A stretch of DNA of 63,864 bases, the filler included, from Choristocarpus tenellus KU-1152 (Eukaryota; Protista; Phaeophyceae): the NCBI GenBank assembly GCA_964200185.2. It is 14 parts of 14 records of this genome, joined end to end, with 100 filler letters (N's around TTAATTAATTAA, not from the genome) between each part and the next. Parts side by side here need not be neighbours in the genome. Positions count along the whole stretch, not along the records: positions 36,753 to 40,191 come from CAXNAD020020017.1; positions 40,292 to 49,613 come from CAXNAD020003782.1; positions 49,714 to 58,284 come from CAXNAD020004576.1; 11 more parts are not named here. One strand, 5' to 3'. A model generated the notes under the pieces. The model was not told where the DNA came from. It made no database searches and saw only the letters and a list, made by a program, of their open reading frames with translations. Positions 38,921-51,432 of this stretch are shown here, piece by piece. The stretch's first letter is position 1, and every line of letters begins with the position of its first letter. Position numbers and translations under genes: made by a program.

Positions 38921-39934
38921 ATCATAGTTGACTCCTTCCAAAACTTGGATATGGGACTGACAGATGCATTGCATACGACAATTGAAGACTGGCCTGCTAT
39001 ACCAACAGAAACTCTATACCTCTTCATTGCTCTGCCAATTCTGGCCCTCGCTGGAGCATATATTTGGTTACGATGGTTATGGCCAGTCAGAGATGCTGTC
39101 GACCCTCATTCTGGACACGATGTCAAAGAGGGCATGTCTCTCAAGTCTACAAGCGGCAATGGGTGGGTGTTTTTCTTACCTCAGAATATATTACTGCCTT
39201 TCTTTGCACTTTGGCAGGTATTAGGGGGAAATTAAGTTCCCAGCAAAAAAGGGGGAATGCAGATGGATCCCTAGTTGAAGTAGCAGTAGCTCGTCGCCAC
39301 CCGTTTGTTTTGGGCTGCGTGTTCCAGTGACCTGCACTCGCCAATAAACTCAGGCTTCTTGTGACCACATTGCACACTTAAAGACTTCCTCATGTCATGT
39401 ATTTGAACTTCATGACAGTTTCATTGGTTGTGTGGCAGACGCGAGAAGACAAGGTATCTTGTCTGTCACTCATTAGCTGTGGAACGTCTTCAATGGGATC
39501 GATCTGGCTCCCATCCTCTTACCACTTAAAGAATGAGTTGCACCGAGCAGATCTGAGTCCACTAGGGTCTAACCTTTGCATCAACTACAATCTTCACTAC
39601 ACAACTCCGATACCTCCATTCAATTTCCAATCAACTCGACCATATTGGCAAATTTCCGTTCTCAAGGGGCTACGCGGCAATAGCTGATGGAGTCGAGAAA
39701 GGCAACGTCGAAAATTTGGACGTTGAAGACGGTCATAGCAACGGCCTATCCAAAGGAAACGGTTACGAAATTCGTGAAGCGGGAGACGTGGCTGGGGATT
39801 ACTCCAAGGACTGGAAACGAACCTTCGATATGACACTTTTAGTGGTCATGATGGTCGGACTCCTGGTCCTTATCGCTGTCACTCAGTACCACAAGCCGCA
39901 GCTCTTCAGCAACATCCAGTTCTGGATTATTCAG
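38921..39934 (+). CDS. Unidentified multi-pass membrane protein (two internal exons)
   Basis: Exons 38921-39162 (ctacag|...GG|gtgggt) and 39667-39934 (ctcaag|G...CAG|gttggg) join in phase. Hydrophobic helices LYLFIALPILALAGAYIWLRWLW and LLVVMMVGLLVLIAV. Confidence 0.65.
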
Positions 39935-40613
39935 GTTGGGGCGGATTGTGGTTTTGGGGTGGGACTTCTTCACAATGCCAATGGTGAATAGGCATTTCCA
40001 TACGTGGCAATGGGGATGGGGAAACTATGTTCTTGTGTGATAATTGCTGTGAGGCAATGAAGGTACACACGGTCGAGTGTGCATGGAAATACCTTGTCAT
40101 TAAGAATAGGATGTTCGCCTGGATCCTGGTAATTTTCCACTCAAGTTGATTATTGACCAAACGTATCTGGGGGGGGGGGGGGCTACACCAGNNNNNNNNN
40201 NNNNNNNNNNNNNNNNNNNNNNNNNNNNNNNNNNNTTAATTAATTAANNNNNNNNNNNNNNNNNNNNNNNNNNNNNNNNNNNNNNNNNNNNTCTCCCCCC
40301 ACTTGCCAACCAACTCCACACTATCGCCACTCACTCCCATGCCCCCCCCCCTTCCCAACCTGTCCTCAATCCCTTGTGTAGTAGGCAGAGAAGGCACAAT
40401 ATGATAGCAACCCTTTCAAACAACCAAGGAAGCACAAGTACCCCCAAAGTGTGACCACCTTTCAAACCTTCCTCTACAAAATAGGGTAAACCAGGTGGAA
40501 ATCGTGGTCAAATTCAATATTTCACCCATTAAATAAAATTCATCATAGGAGAAGTACCCCCCCCCTCGCCGCCTCCCCCCCCTTTCTCTACCAAAACAGG
40601 ACAATACACCCAT

Positions 40614-42785
40614 TCATCGCTTGACCCACTGGAAGCTCTTCCTGGCCTTCTTCTTGCCTGGTTTCTTACGCTCCACTACCCGAGCATCTCGGGTAAGGAG
40701 CCCCGCTATAGATTTCCAAACAATACAGCAACATTACGGACAGTGAAATGGCTTGGTTAGGGAATGAAAATGAGAGACAGGAAGTACAACTTGGAAGAGC
40801 ATTTAACTGAGAGTGGTTCTCATGTTGAGAGGAACACTTCTCACTACAACAAAACATTCATAATGACCAATACTACACTATGTATATATATATATCAAAT
40901 CAAGACAATCAATCAGGTGCACCCCTCCTGTTGCAGCTTCCCTTTCCCTGCCAATCATTCTGTGACAAACATTTCAACCGCATGAATGTGACCCACCATT
41001 CTTTAGCGGTGGCCTAAGATAGGGATCGTGCGCCTCCAGGGCCCTAGCAATTCCTAGACGGACAGCGCCCGCTTGTCCTGTGTTCCCACCTCCCTCGACC
41101 GTACACCTCACATTAAGAAGACCCAACTTCTGTGTAACCTGAAGAGGCAATAGGACCTGCTTACCGGGGACAAGGGTTAGCGGGGGAGCGGCATCACAAT
41201 AACATATACAATCATGGTGCAAGGGTAATTACCTAAATTAGATGCTGCTTCTGTTACATAGAGGATTGAAAGATTGAAAGCATTGAATGCACCGAGGATG
41301 CAAGGAATGAGTGAGTAAATGTGCTACAGGCGGCGATGGGGGTGTAACCCCTGTCCAAGGATGGATTATATGCTCTCGGGGGCCTCTTGCGATAGGGCTG
41401 ATAGGCTAGTCAGCTGCAATGGTACTAAATCAAGTCTGGGCATAATGGGATGTGTCACGTACAAGTGGAAGCGTGCGGCAGACAAAGCTTGAACACATGA
41501 TAGTGAAGTCTGGAGTAAGATACAGAGATTCCCTAATCTTCTTGAGGAGTTGGAGGAATGGGGGCGGGGGTCTCAGCCTTTGGGATGTAGAACCCAAGTT
41601 GCAGTCGAGTCGTTTTGTCCTACACATTCACACTGAAAATCTCGGGCTAATAGGGGGAGGGGGGGGCAATGGTGATATGAGAAGGGTTGGACGGAGGGTA
41701 AGGGGTGCATTCAAAAATAAGAAGCAGACAGGTTGTTTCAACCCTTGTAAGTGATTTTAGGATCTAGGATTAGGGGTACATTTTCTGAAGCGTTGGGGCT
41801 GAAAGGAGAACAGCCAGTACACAAAGATTGACAGAAGATAATATTATGTACTGACTGCCCTCTCTGTGTTCTTGAACACTCCCACCAAAAAGTCCACACT
41901 AAAGTCCACACTCACAATTTGGTCTTCAGGTCTTACCAAAGTTTAGGATTATGCACCCCACTTCTACACATGAGCAGAAAAAGGGTTGCAAGAACTTTTA
42001 TGAATCTCAGAAATAGGTCTTTTACTCAAAAGCACTCTTCTCACATCATCCTTGTGGCAATCCCGATCAAAGTAGTCAATCATGGCTTTGCCATTGACCA
42101 TGAAGTCCCCCTCTCCAGGGTTCAACCACACCCGTGCCACACTGGCCTTCCGCCTGCCTGTACCATAGGACCGCCCCCACCTGTCCACTTTTGCCTCTCT
42201 TGTTGGCTCAAACTCCTGAAGGTGCAAGGGAAAATATTGGTGGGGGGGGGGGGGGGGTACGGAGATTGTGTACACATAACCTAATCTTTCCTCCTAATAT
42301 GATCAAACAGCCATCTCAGGTGACTAACTAATGAAGATATCGTGTTCTTCCCTTCCTATGTCCTCCACTCCCGAGTGCACTGCAATCTTATCACTGACCT
42401 TGGACTTGTCATCTTCTCCGGCGTTCGATGAGTACTGCTCGATCAGCGATTTTAACCTTGAAGACACTTCGGTTTTGCTGCCTCCCCCCCCTCCCCCTCC
42501 ACCACCCTCACCATTACCTCTTACTCTCATGGCCAGCTCTTTCCTCACAGCTTCCCCTATTTTAGAACCTTGTGCTAAAGCCGACATTGAATTATCCATG
42601 TCATTTGCACTGTTCCTTGATGCTGATTGGGTAGGTTGGGAAGGAAAAGTAGTGGAGGAGGAAAGTGCTCTAAGTCCAGTGGTGCTGGTCACCACAGAGT
42701 GGAGCAATCGGCACTGGTGGACACCTGAGCACACAGCGGCTGCAGTCCTAGCAGCAGCATGAGTAATTGCTGCCGTTGGTGGCAT
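40614..42785 (-). CDS. MRPS9: Organellar (probably mitochondrial) ribosomal protein uS9
   Basis: Exons 42785-42399, 42215-42045, 41156-40997 and 40705-40614. Motifs [64 protein letters not shown]. The N-terminus is an Ala/Ser/Thr/Arg-rich presequence-like region. Confidence 0.95.
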
Positions 42786-43894
42786 GGTTGTGCGCACACA
42801 CTCCTTTCGATCTTGAAGTTATGCCACAAATACACTGCAAATGTTATGCAAAATAGGGGTGGGAACAGACCAGGTTCAAGTGAAGCGGCATGTCAAGTGA
42901 AGGGGATGAGGAGGGTGCATCTTTCCGACGATCTTTCCCCCTGAGCTAGAGATGTTCAACAAGTATATCACCAACAGAAAGAGCGCCTCCAGCTACTGCA
43001 TTCTTGTTTTTTCTCTTTCTCCCTCACTAACCTCACCCAATCCTGACAACCACACAACAGAGTCCTTGCCAAGTGGAAACGGTGCTATTGTTGTATCACC
43101 TCTTCAATAACTATTCCTGCGATCATTAAGGTGCAGATTGGTTCCCTACATGGAAAAAATTGATATCAACTAGCATTTGATAGGTTCATCATTGGAGACA
43201 TTGTACAGCCAAGAACTCTACCTATCTTTCACATTATTCTAACCTATTCAAGTGTCCACTCAAGCCATACGGTGCTGATCCATTCACTGCAAGGCCCTTT
43301 CACTGGACCCCACTCGCCATCCCCCACTCTACTTTCGCCCACATGCAACCACCACTGGAACAAAACCAACTTCTCGCGTATAATCTCTGTCTAACATGTT
43401 ATTCATCGGGTGGAACTTGTTGGCCACAAATGCACAAATGCGGGCTCCATCCTTCTTCAACTCCTGAAATGATGGGACAGAAGTGTCCCCTTGAGGCAAA
43501 CAGAAAGGTGGAAGCTTTGCAGCACGTAACTCACCTTTGAGACCTTCAGTCTTTCCTACCAATTCCCAGGATCACGGGCATCGATCCAGCCCTGCACTCT
43601 TCCAGTAAAGTCCAATCTTCCAGCAACACCTCCAACCGAAGTGAGGGTGGTTGTTAAATTGTTTCATCTTCGTGTCATGGGTTTCGTATTACTTGTAGAG
43701 GGAACATTTACTCTCTTCATATGGCTGTGGGTAGTTCCAACCCCAAAATATCAATCATTTGTTCAACCCCTTAACCCGACTACGAACTTCCCCTTCCAGA
43801 CGGGTCGCATTGCACGCATTGTGGAGTCCCCATTGGTATTTTATTGTGTACTCCCTTGAGGTTTGGACTTTTCTGGGCAAGAAACTCTCCTGAT

Positions 43895-46800
43895 ATGACA
43901 AAGCGCAAGTATACGCTAGCAAGCGTTGGTGATGGACCCAAGTCCTGTGCCTTCTTCGCTTCTGACACAGGGTGCAGAAGCGGGTCGGCATGCAAGTTCA
44001 TACACGAAGGAGTGAAGACGGTGGGGTCGAGCATCCAGCATTCCAAATCCGTAGCTTGGCCAGCAACTTCAAGTCCGACTCCAACCCCATTGCCAACCCT
44101 TGGCGTAGGCCTTGCCTCCATCCCAGCTCCAGCGCCAAAAGTACAATTACTCAATTCCATGGATGCTTCATCAAATCCCAAAGTACCTAATGGGCACCTG
44201 GTTCCACCAAAACCGGAAGTCCCCAAGGCAAAGAAGCGCCGACGGAAGAAGGAACCAGTCGTATCCGAGAGCCCTGTCGCTCATCCTGTGTCAGCATCGA
44301 CGCCTGCACCTGCACCATCGCCAGTAATGGCTCCCTTGGCTCCAGCACCTACGCAAGAATTTATGGATCCCGCGCCAACACCTACGGTGGCCTCCTTGAA
44401 CGACCTAGTGCCGATGCAGTTGCCGGGGGCGACAGGTGGTCAAGACACCCCTCAAAAGGTGAAGGTGTGCTCTTTCTACAACAAGAAGAAGGGCTGTGCA
44501 ACAGGAGCTTTGTGTCCATACTTGCATAGAGGAAACGCTATGAGGGGAAGGAGGTTTACGAGGGGACATGGCACCCCCGCCTCCCCTGATAAGTCCGCCA
44601 CAACGACCACCTCACTTAGGGGAAAACAAAAGGGGAGGCGTTCGAAGAACAAAGCTAACTTGTCTCCTGCACCTGCCCCGGTCTCAGCAGCAGCGGTTCC
44701 TGCACCGGCTCCTGAGCCCAGGAAATGTCTCTTCTTCATCAGTCCAACAGGCTGCAGAAATGGTGAGAGCTGTCCATATCTTCATGGGGAAGGTGGGGCC
44801 ACAAACGCGCCCGTGACAGGGGCAGGAGTGACAGATGATTTTCCTCCATCAGTAGCAGCCCCTGCAGCACCCCCATGTTCTTCCCCCTCCCCTACCCCTG
44901 CCCCACAAGGAACTTGGACAGCCCAGCTCAATCAAACACCGGGAGTCAATCAAGCCCCAGCACCTACGTCCACGATGAGCTATGCCCCAGCGACCCCATT
45001 CCATCCCCCCCAGGTACCCTCCTCCTCACCACCTGCCCCTCCAGGAGGATTGCCGAAGGTGGAAGTAACATCAGTACCTGCAGTAGAACAAAATTGTGCT
45101 CCTAAGTGCAAGTTCTTCAAAATGCAAGGGTTCTGCCAAGGTGAAAGTAGTTGTCCTGTTATTCACACAAATCTGAACGAGGCTCCAACTGCTGCTGATA
45201 CTGCCTTACCTGCAGCTGCTGCAGAGCTTGCCCCTCAACCGCAGCATGTCGAGAAGCGTCCTAGGATAGATATTGTGGAAAATGCTGTTCTGCCACCGAT
45301 ACAAGCTCCACTGCCAGTCACAATGGCACCATTGCCATTCGCAGCAGCCCCAGTCCAGGCACCTGTTCCTGCACCCATGCTGCCTCCTCCCCTTGTGCCT
45401 GGTACTGCCAGGGAGATGATTAAAAGCACAAGTGGTGTCATCAAGGGTGCGCATGACTCAGATGAAGAGGAGTCCACATCATCTTTGCTTGCTGGTTTGC
45501 CAGTGAGCTCCTTTGTTAAACCAGTCCCCGAAAAGGTCACAAAAACGACGGTGACTTCTCCTAGGGTAAAGGAGTCAACTGAATATCCTCATCCCCGGGC
45601 GGATGAGTGGCAGGTGAGGGCAGAGCTAGGGGTGAAAGGAACAGTGGAGGATGGGGGGGAACGATTGTTGTGTCATGTCTGTAACTGGTTTATTTTGGAG
45701 GGAGTTAGTGTTTGATACCAGGTAGTGGAAGGGTAAGTAAAGGTTTTTTGCAGGGCAAGTAACTTGTATTGATATATTGCCCGAGTGTGACACACATGTG
45801 ACACACAGGGCTATTCCATTGTTGTATGTAGATTTTTCTTTTTAGCATTTTAAACTATGCTTCAATGGTGTGGCTTAGGGTTAGGGTGAGCGTTATGTGC
45901 TTGGTAACAAGGTTGTGTCAGGAGAGTCTAGATGCAGCCTGCCATGCAGTATTTGCTAGCGAGCTCTTGGTAAGGCCATGGTTTTGTTCAGACTCCACAT
46001 TGACCTTCTAATTTTCATTCAACTTGTACCACCTCTTTTGGTTGATGTGGCTCAACCTGCCGATTAATGTCTGTTGTCGTGAAACTCTGAATATTTGGGT
46101 GGGGGGGGGGGGGGGGTACAGGGCCCGGGGGGAAGGGCACAAGCTCACCCCCGGGACAAGAGCACAAATTCATTCAATTGGGGTTNNNNNNNNNNTTCTT
46201 CTTCCTTCTGCTGTCTTTTTTTGGGTTGTGTGGTCCTGCGCTGTGTGTTTTTTGTGTGTTGTGTGGGTGTTGGTTGGGGGGGGGGGGGGGGGGGGGGGGG
46301 TTACAGGACCTGGTGGAAAGGACACAAGCTCACTCCCGGTACAAGAGCACATATTCATTCAATGTGGATTCAACGTGGATTGAAGCACAGAAGTGTTCGA
46401 ACAAGTGCAAGGATCTGCCACAAGTCATCGCTTTGGATTGTGAGATGTGCATGAGTGAGGTAGGTATGAAGAGAGGAGGAAACTTAAGGGTATACAACAT
46501 AGGAACCACCTTACTGTAGAGAGATCTGGCTTGTGCTGTGTGCGTCAGGGGGAGGGGAGGAATCTGTGGTGACACCTGACTGATGAAAGGTTTGGATCGG
46601 ATATCACAGGTGGCTGTTGCGTGCTGATTTTTTTTGTGAGAAAAAGAAAAAGAAAAAAGAAAATTGGCTCTTTAGTGTACGTTTTAATTAAACATCAACT
46701 GTCATTTTTTTTATTTGATGAAAATGTGTGTTGCCAATTCGTAGCGATGTAGGTGCCAGTGTCTTTTGTTGATAGGAACAGGCCTTAGTTTCTCAGAGTG

Positions 46801-47043
46801 AGAAAGGGGGGGGGGATGATTCGATTCAATCGTGATTTTTTTTATTTGATGTATTTTTTTTGTTTTCCCATCAAATTGTACTGTACTGCACTGGACCATA
46901 CTGTATCCATCATCAGTGAACAGCCTTACAGCTGATGACCTCGTTACAGGGTTAGGGATAGGTTAGTTTGTCCTTCACCACCTTCTCAGGCGGGAGGTAC
47001 AAAATTACACAACAGAATACCCCTGTCCCTCCTTGAAGACTTG

Positions 47044-47083
<40 letters not shown>

Positions 47084-48969
47084 TGGCTCTGCACCCCTGG
47101 CTTGTATCTGTTCAGGATCCAGTGAGCAAGAAACGCAATGGGAAGGAGTTGGTCCGCTTGAGTATTGTGGATGGGACAGATGGCAAAAGGCTGCTGGACA
47201 CGTTGGTGCGACCAACAAACCCCGTTATTGAATGGCGTTCTGATATTCATGGGGTGAAAGCTGACCACGTCACGGAATGCACATTTTCGCACAGGTTTGT
47301 TTTTGTCTATGTTTCATATGTTTGGCTTGATGCCGTTTATCTTGTTGCGCAGGGAGAAAATATGTATGGGTTTATGGCTGGGGCGATGAGGAATGGAAGG
47401 GGAAGGGGATGTGTAGTCGGTGTTGTTGGAGTGTTTGACGGTTTGGGGTTTAGTCTGTTTCGGGTATACTTTACGGCGATCAACTCCCAGATCCTGTTTG
47501 GGTCGAGGGGGTTACTGTTGGTTCTCTTAGAGACTAAAAGGGGCGTGTTTGGTGCTGTTGCTGGAGTTTTTAGCTTTCTTTTGGGGGTATACCTTCTTGT
47601 GACCAAGAGGTAGATTATGTTTCGGTTGAGGGGGTTAGTTTTCAGTTCATATCCTTTGCTCCCAATGGGTTTTTGCAACACCTCTACAAAAAAAGAGTGA
47701 GAAATTGATATCATCTTGTGCATTTTTTAATGTATATAGGCCGATATACCCTGCAAACTGTTGGAATGGAGGAAGTAGATGATAGTAGTAGTAGAGTGAA
47801 AGTATCTTAGAGGCTACGAGTTTTGCCCTGTTTGTCCATTTGGAGCTCGGCTTCCCATGTTGTTTTTTATGACATTTTTCTACTCCCAAATATTTCGGAG
47901 TAGGTAAAATGTGTATGTTATGAAAGGTGTGTCCGGAACAAGGATGTTGACACTTCCTAACAAACCCGATAGTCAAAATTACATTGAAATGGCAAACTGG
48001 ATTATGGCCCCCAAATGGACGTGGCTCTACCCTCTAAGATACTTTGGCTCAGTAACGCATCAATATTAAGGAAATATAGTACATGGTATGTTGAAGGTGT
48101 GCATATTATGTATGTATTATTATTATATATTATGTATGTAGGTGGTGCGTGTTTGTATGGCAGTGTTTGCATATGTGAAATTTGACTGATAATTAATTTA
48201 GTTACGCCTCCTAGAGATGGAAACCCCTTGTGGTTATTTTTTTTTGGGGGGGGGGAGGGCAGGGAGCTTCAAGGCAATCAGTCAACGGAGGGATACAAGT
48301 GAAGAGATGCGCTGGCGTTGTTGGTGTTGATTTCTCGCTTGTTGGGACTTTGTGGGTGCTGCAATGGTCAACCTTGGTGCTCAATCCCAGTACACCAACT
48401 TGAGTATTTTGATGGATGATCAATTGCTGTAGGCAGAAGAAGGACTAGTAGCGTCATGTCAGTGCTGCCGTTGGATTTTGTAGACGTGGATGTGCATGTG
48501 CATGGGACAGGGTGTAGCATTGTTTTGGAGGAGTAGAATTTCTGGTCAGGTCGAGAGCCGAGAGCCGTAAAGGGTAGTGGTGCTATGGTAGGCGCATTAG
48601 AGCATGACAACCCTTGGACAGGAGTCTGAATCCTATGAATGTGTTTCCCTGAGTGGACCCCTTGCTTGCAGTGTACATTGTTCTTGTGTGTGAGAATGTT
48701 TTAGTGGGTTTCGATCTGTTTCCACTGGTATGTAGGAATCTCTGCGTTGTGATTGGAGTGGTGTTAATGGTGTGGTGTAGTTTGTTTCTGATGCCTGTAT
48801 AAAACACGCTCCTGAAGGGTATGTAACTCCTCCGTGCAACTCTTTTCTACTTTCCCACTTGAATCCTTGGTGTTGATATAGACATGCTCAGGCGGCCATG
48901 GCACGACTTTGCTGCAAACACACGGTGATCATTGGACACGCCCTGAATAATGACCTGGAGGCGCTCAAG
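43895..48969 (+). CDS. CCCH zinc-finger + DEDDh 3'-5' exoribonuclease (REX1/REXO1-like), 3' end missing
   Basis: Exons 43895-45613, 46307-46459, 47116-47294 and 48882-48969 are in phase. Four C-x8-C-x5-C-x3-H fingers sit in Pro/Ala-rich linkers. Exonuclease motifs: ExoI ALDCEM, ELVRLSIVD...LLDTLVRPTNPVIEWRSDIHGV, ExoII IIGHALNNDLEALK. Confidence 0.92.
47794..48050 (+). mobile_element. MITE family A, complete intronic copy with TSD
   Basis: GAGTGAAAGTATCTTAGAGGCTA ... TACCCTCTAAGATACTTTGGCTC, flanked by AGTA on both sides. Confidence 0.92.
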
Positions 48970-49524
48970 GTACACCTTGTATTGACATTTTAAGTACAAA
49001 TCCGAGCATTAAAATAATAATACTTAGGGTTAGGGAGTAAGGTGCAGGTGCAGGTTTTGATGATGATCTGAGGGTGAGCTGTGTGAAAGTTGCTGTTGCT
49101 GAAGATACTGGACTGAAGAAAACTGTGAATTAGTTTGCTAGGTGTTGATCATGATTAGACAATGGCCAAGTAGGACCTTTTAAAGGTTGCAATCCGGTAA
49201 TCTCAGCGTGGATCAAATCAAAATGACCATCCACTGTACGATCTCTGCGTCCAGGAAAGAAGAAATCAGACTGACTTGGTGTATTGGGCATCAAATGTGT
49301 AGGACGAAAGTTCTGTTGGTGTAGTTTTTTTTTATGTATATTTTTTTAATGCAAGAATTGTAGACAAGACAGGGGTTAGATGGTTCCAATATGTGTATGT
49401 ATACGTTGTAGTGAAGTATGTAGGACCAGTTCAATAGTGGTGGGATGGTTTTGAAAACGATACATAGATTTTGAAGAAGAGATATTGGGGCATCAGCTGA
49501 TCGGTATGACATCTTATGTGCTAT

Positions 49525-49564
<40 letters not shown>

Positions 49565-50451
49565 ACCCCCTCCCCACATACTCTCTTTCCTTTTCTCTTT
49601 TTCTTTTCCTTCTNNNNNNNNNNNNNNNNNNNNNNNNNNNNNNNNNNNNNNNNNNNNTTAATTAATTAANNNNNNNNNNNNNNNNNNNNNNNNNNNNNNN
49701 NNNNNNNNNNNNNATAACGGACGGATAAAGAAAGGCCACTTTTCCTGGTTTAACCCAAATGAACACCCTGGTGTAGCCCCCCCCCCCCCCACAGATACTT
49801 TGGGTCAATGGACGAAGACAACTATATAGAGAATAATATACAATCAGTGTTGCTTGCAACGAAGGCCTTCCTGCTACTACACACAGGATTAAAGGTGGTG
49901 CTTCTATATGCTTCTGAATGAATTTATGTGTATTATGACAAAAAGTAGGAAATGCCACTGATTAGGTGCAGACCAACTCTAATACAACATAATACATAGT
50001 AAATCTATTGAATAAAGGAGAACTAATCGTAGTATTAGTCGAAGTATAATATGTCGATGTATCGTATGTACTCCGGAGTAGTGTATCGTACGAAGATGAT
50101 CTACAACGAAAATAATTGGCCGTACCGTTCCTCGCGTACCACCTGGTGTTTCTGCCCCAAAGCGCTTGAAGCACCTTGACAGTGAGTAGTGGTACTTGCT
50201 GCGCTGTACGTGACATAATCTGTCATGTGCATGCACGCCTTCATAGTGCTTGTTCTACTAAGAAATCCCCCCGCCCTTATTACTACCACATGGTACGAGT
50301 GAGTCACCACCTCCTCTTTTTCATAGAATTGCTGTGTATTGTTGTGTGCCTAGATGCCTTCCCATCACGAAACAAACAAGTAGTGCTAAGGTTTAAATGT
50401 GGAGGAGATAAGGCAAAACCCCCCCTGCCCCCTTCCAAGCAAGTAGTTTTA

Positions 50452-50628
50452 GACCCAAAGTATCTGTGTGTGGGGGGGTCTGCACCAGGGTGTCCATTCG
50501 GGTCCTGACCAGGAAAAGTGCACTTCATTATCCATCCGACGTATGCAACCAAATCATACAAAAACCGCAAGATGAAAAAATTGGCCCCAAATGGACAACC
50601 ACCACCCCCTCCCTAGATACTTTGAGCT
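50452..50628. mobile_element. MITE family B, complete copy with TSD
   Basis: GACCCAAAGTATCT ... AGATACTTTGAGCT, flanked by TTTA on both sides. Partial B ends at 7491-7518, 12915-12950, 14367-14404, 23169-23191, 35450-35567, 40155-40191, 49714-49806 and ~62535. Confidence 0.88.
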
Positions 50629-51432
50629 TTTAACTCTACTAGTTTGCTTTTAGTGAGTAGGCGTTGCAGTATGTCTTGGACGGTAATTTACGTAGGTGGT
50701 CCAAAACACCTACCATTTAGATTAGGTGGCAGGTTGTCTTATGTTCACTAAAAACATTTCAGAAGGCATGTTTGTTTTCAGAACGACAGTGACGACGATG
50801 TATACACTCGCTAAAAAAAATTACCCAGAGGTGAGTAGCGGAGGGATGAAGTCGTATTGTATATATATATATATATATATGGTGTCATACGTCTTTCCAA
50901 GTAAAACTCGCCTATCAGGTTGTTGTGTATCAACTACCATATAATATGGAAGGTCTCTTCCGTTTTGACTCATGGTAGGGTTGTGGTTGACGGGTTGCTG
51001 TGCTGTCAATTATTGGAAGGATGAAGTCGAACTGTAGACATACGTGTCAATACGTCTTCGCAAGTTGTGGTCATTGATCAGATTATACAAACTTCAATGC
51101 CGCATGGAAGGCGTCTCCGTTTTGACCTGTTTATCTGTGATTGAAGGTTGTTATGAATGGATGGATTGGTGGCATTGAACTGTCCACCAACAGGGTCTAC
51201 TCTTCACAAGGAACCCGTCTGTTACCACCACTCACTCTCATTCGTCATTTTTGGAGGAAATCATTTTAGTAAGTAGTGCCGATATTGTCAGTGTTTGTCT
51301 TGAAATGTAATAATATAGTTATCGGAGACATTACGTTTACTCAACATTCTTCCCCTGGAGGTGCACATATACGGAGGGAAGTTCAGACAAAACTTGACAT
51401 TTTTGAACGATGACACAAACAAGACAGAAAAC

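Noticed and set aside
46097-46185. Apparent duplicate of exonuclease exon 2 (possible alternative exon)
   Set aside because: Error-rich copy between poly-G and a 10-N gap, most likely a low-quality contig-end overlap. Similar patterns occur at 31930-32100 and 62555-62725.
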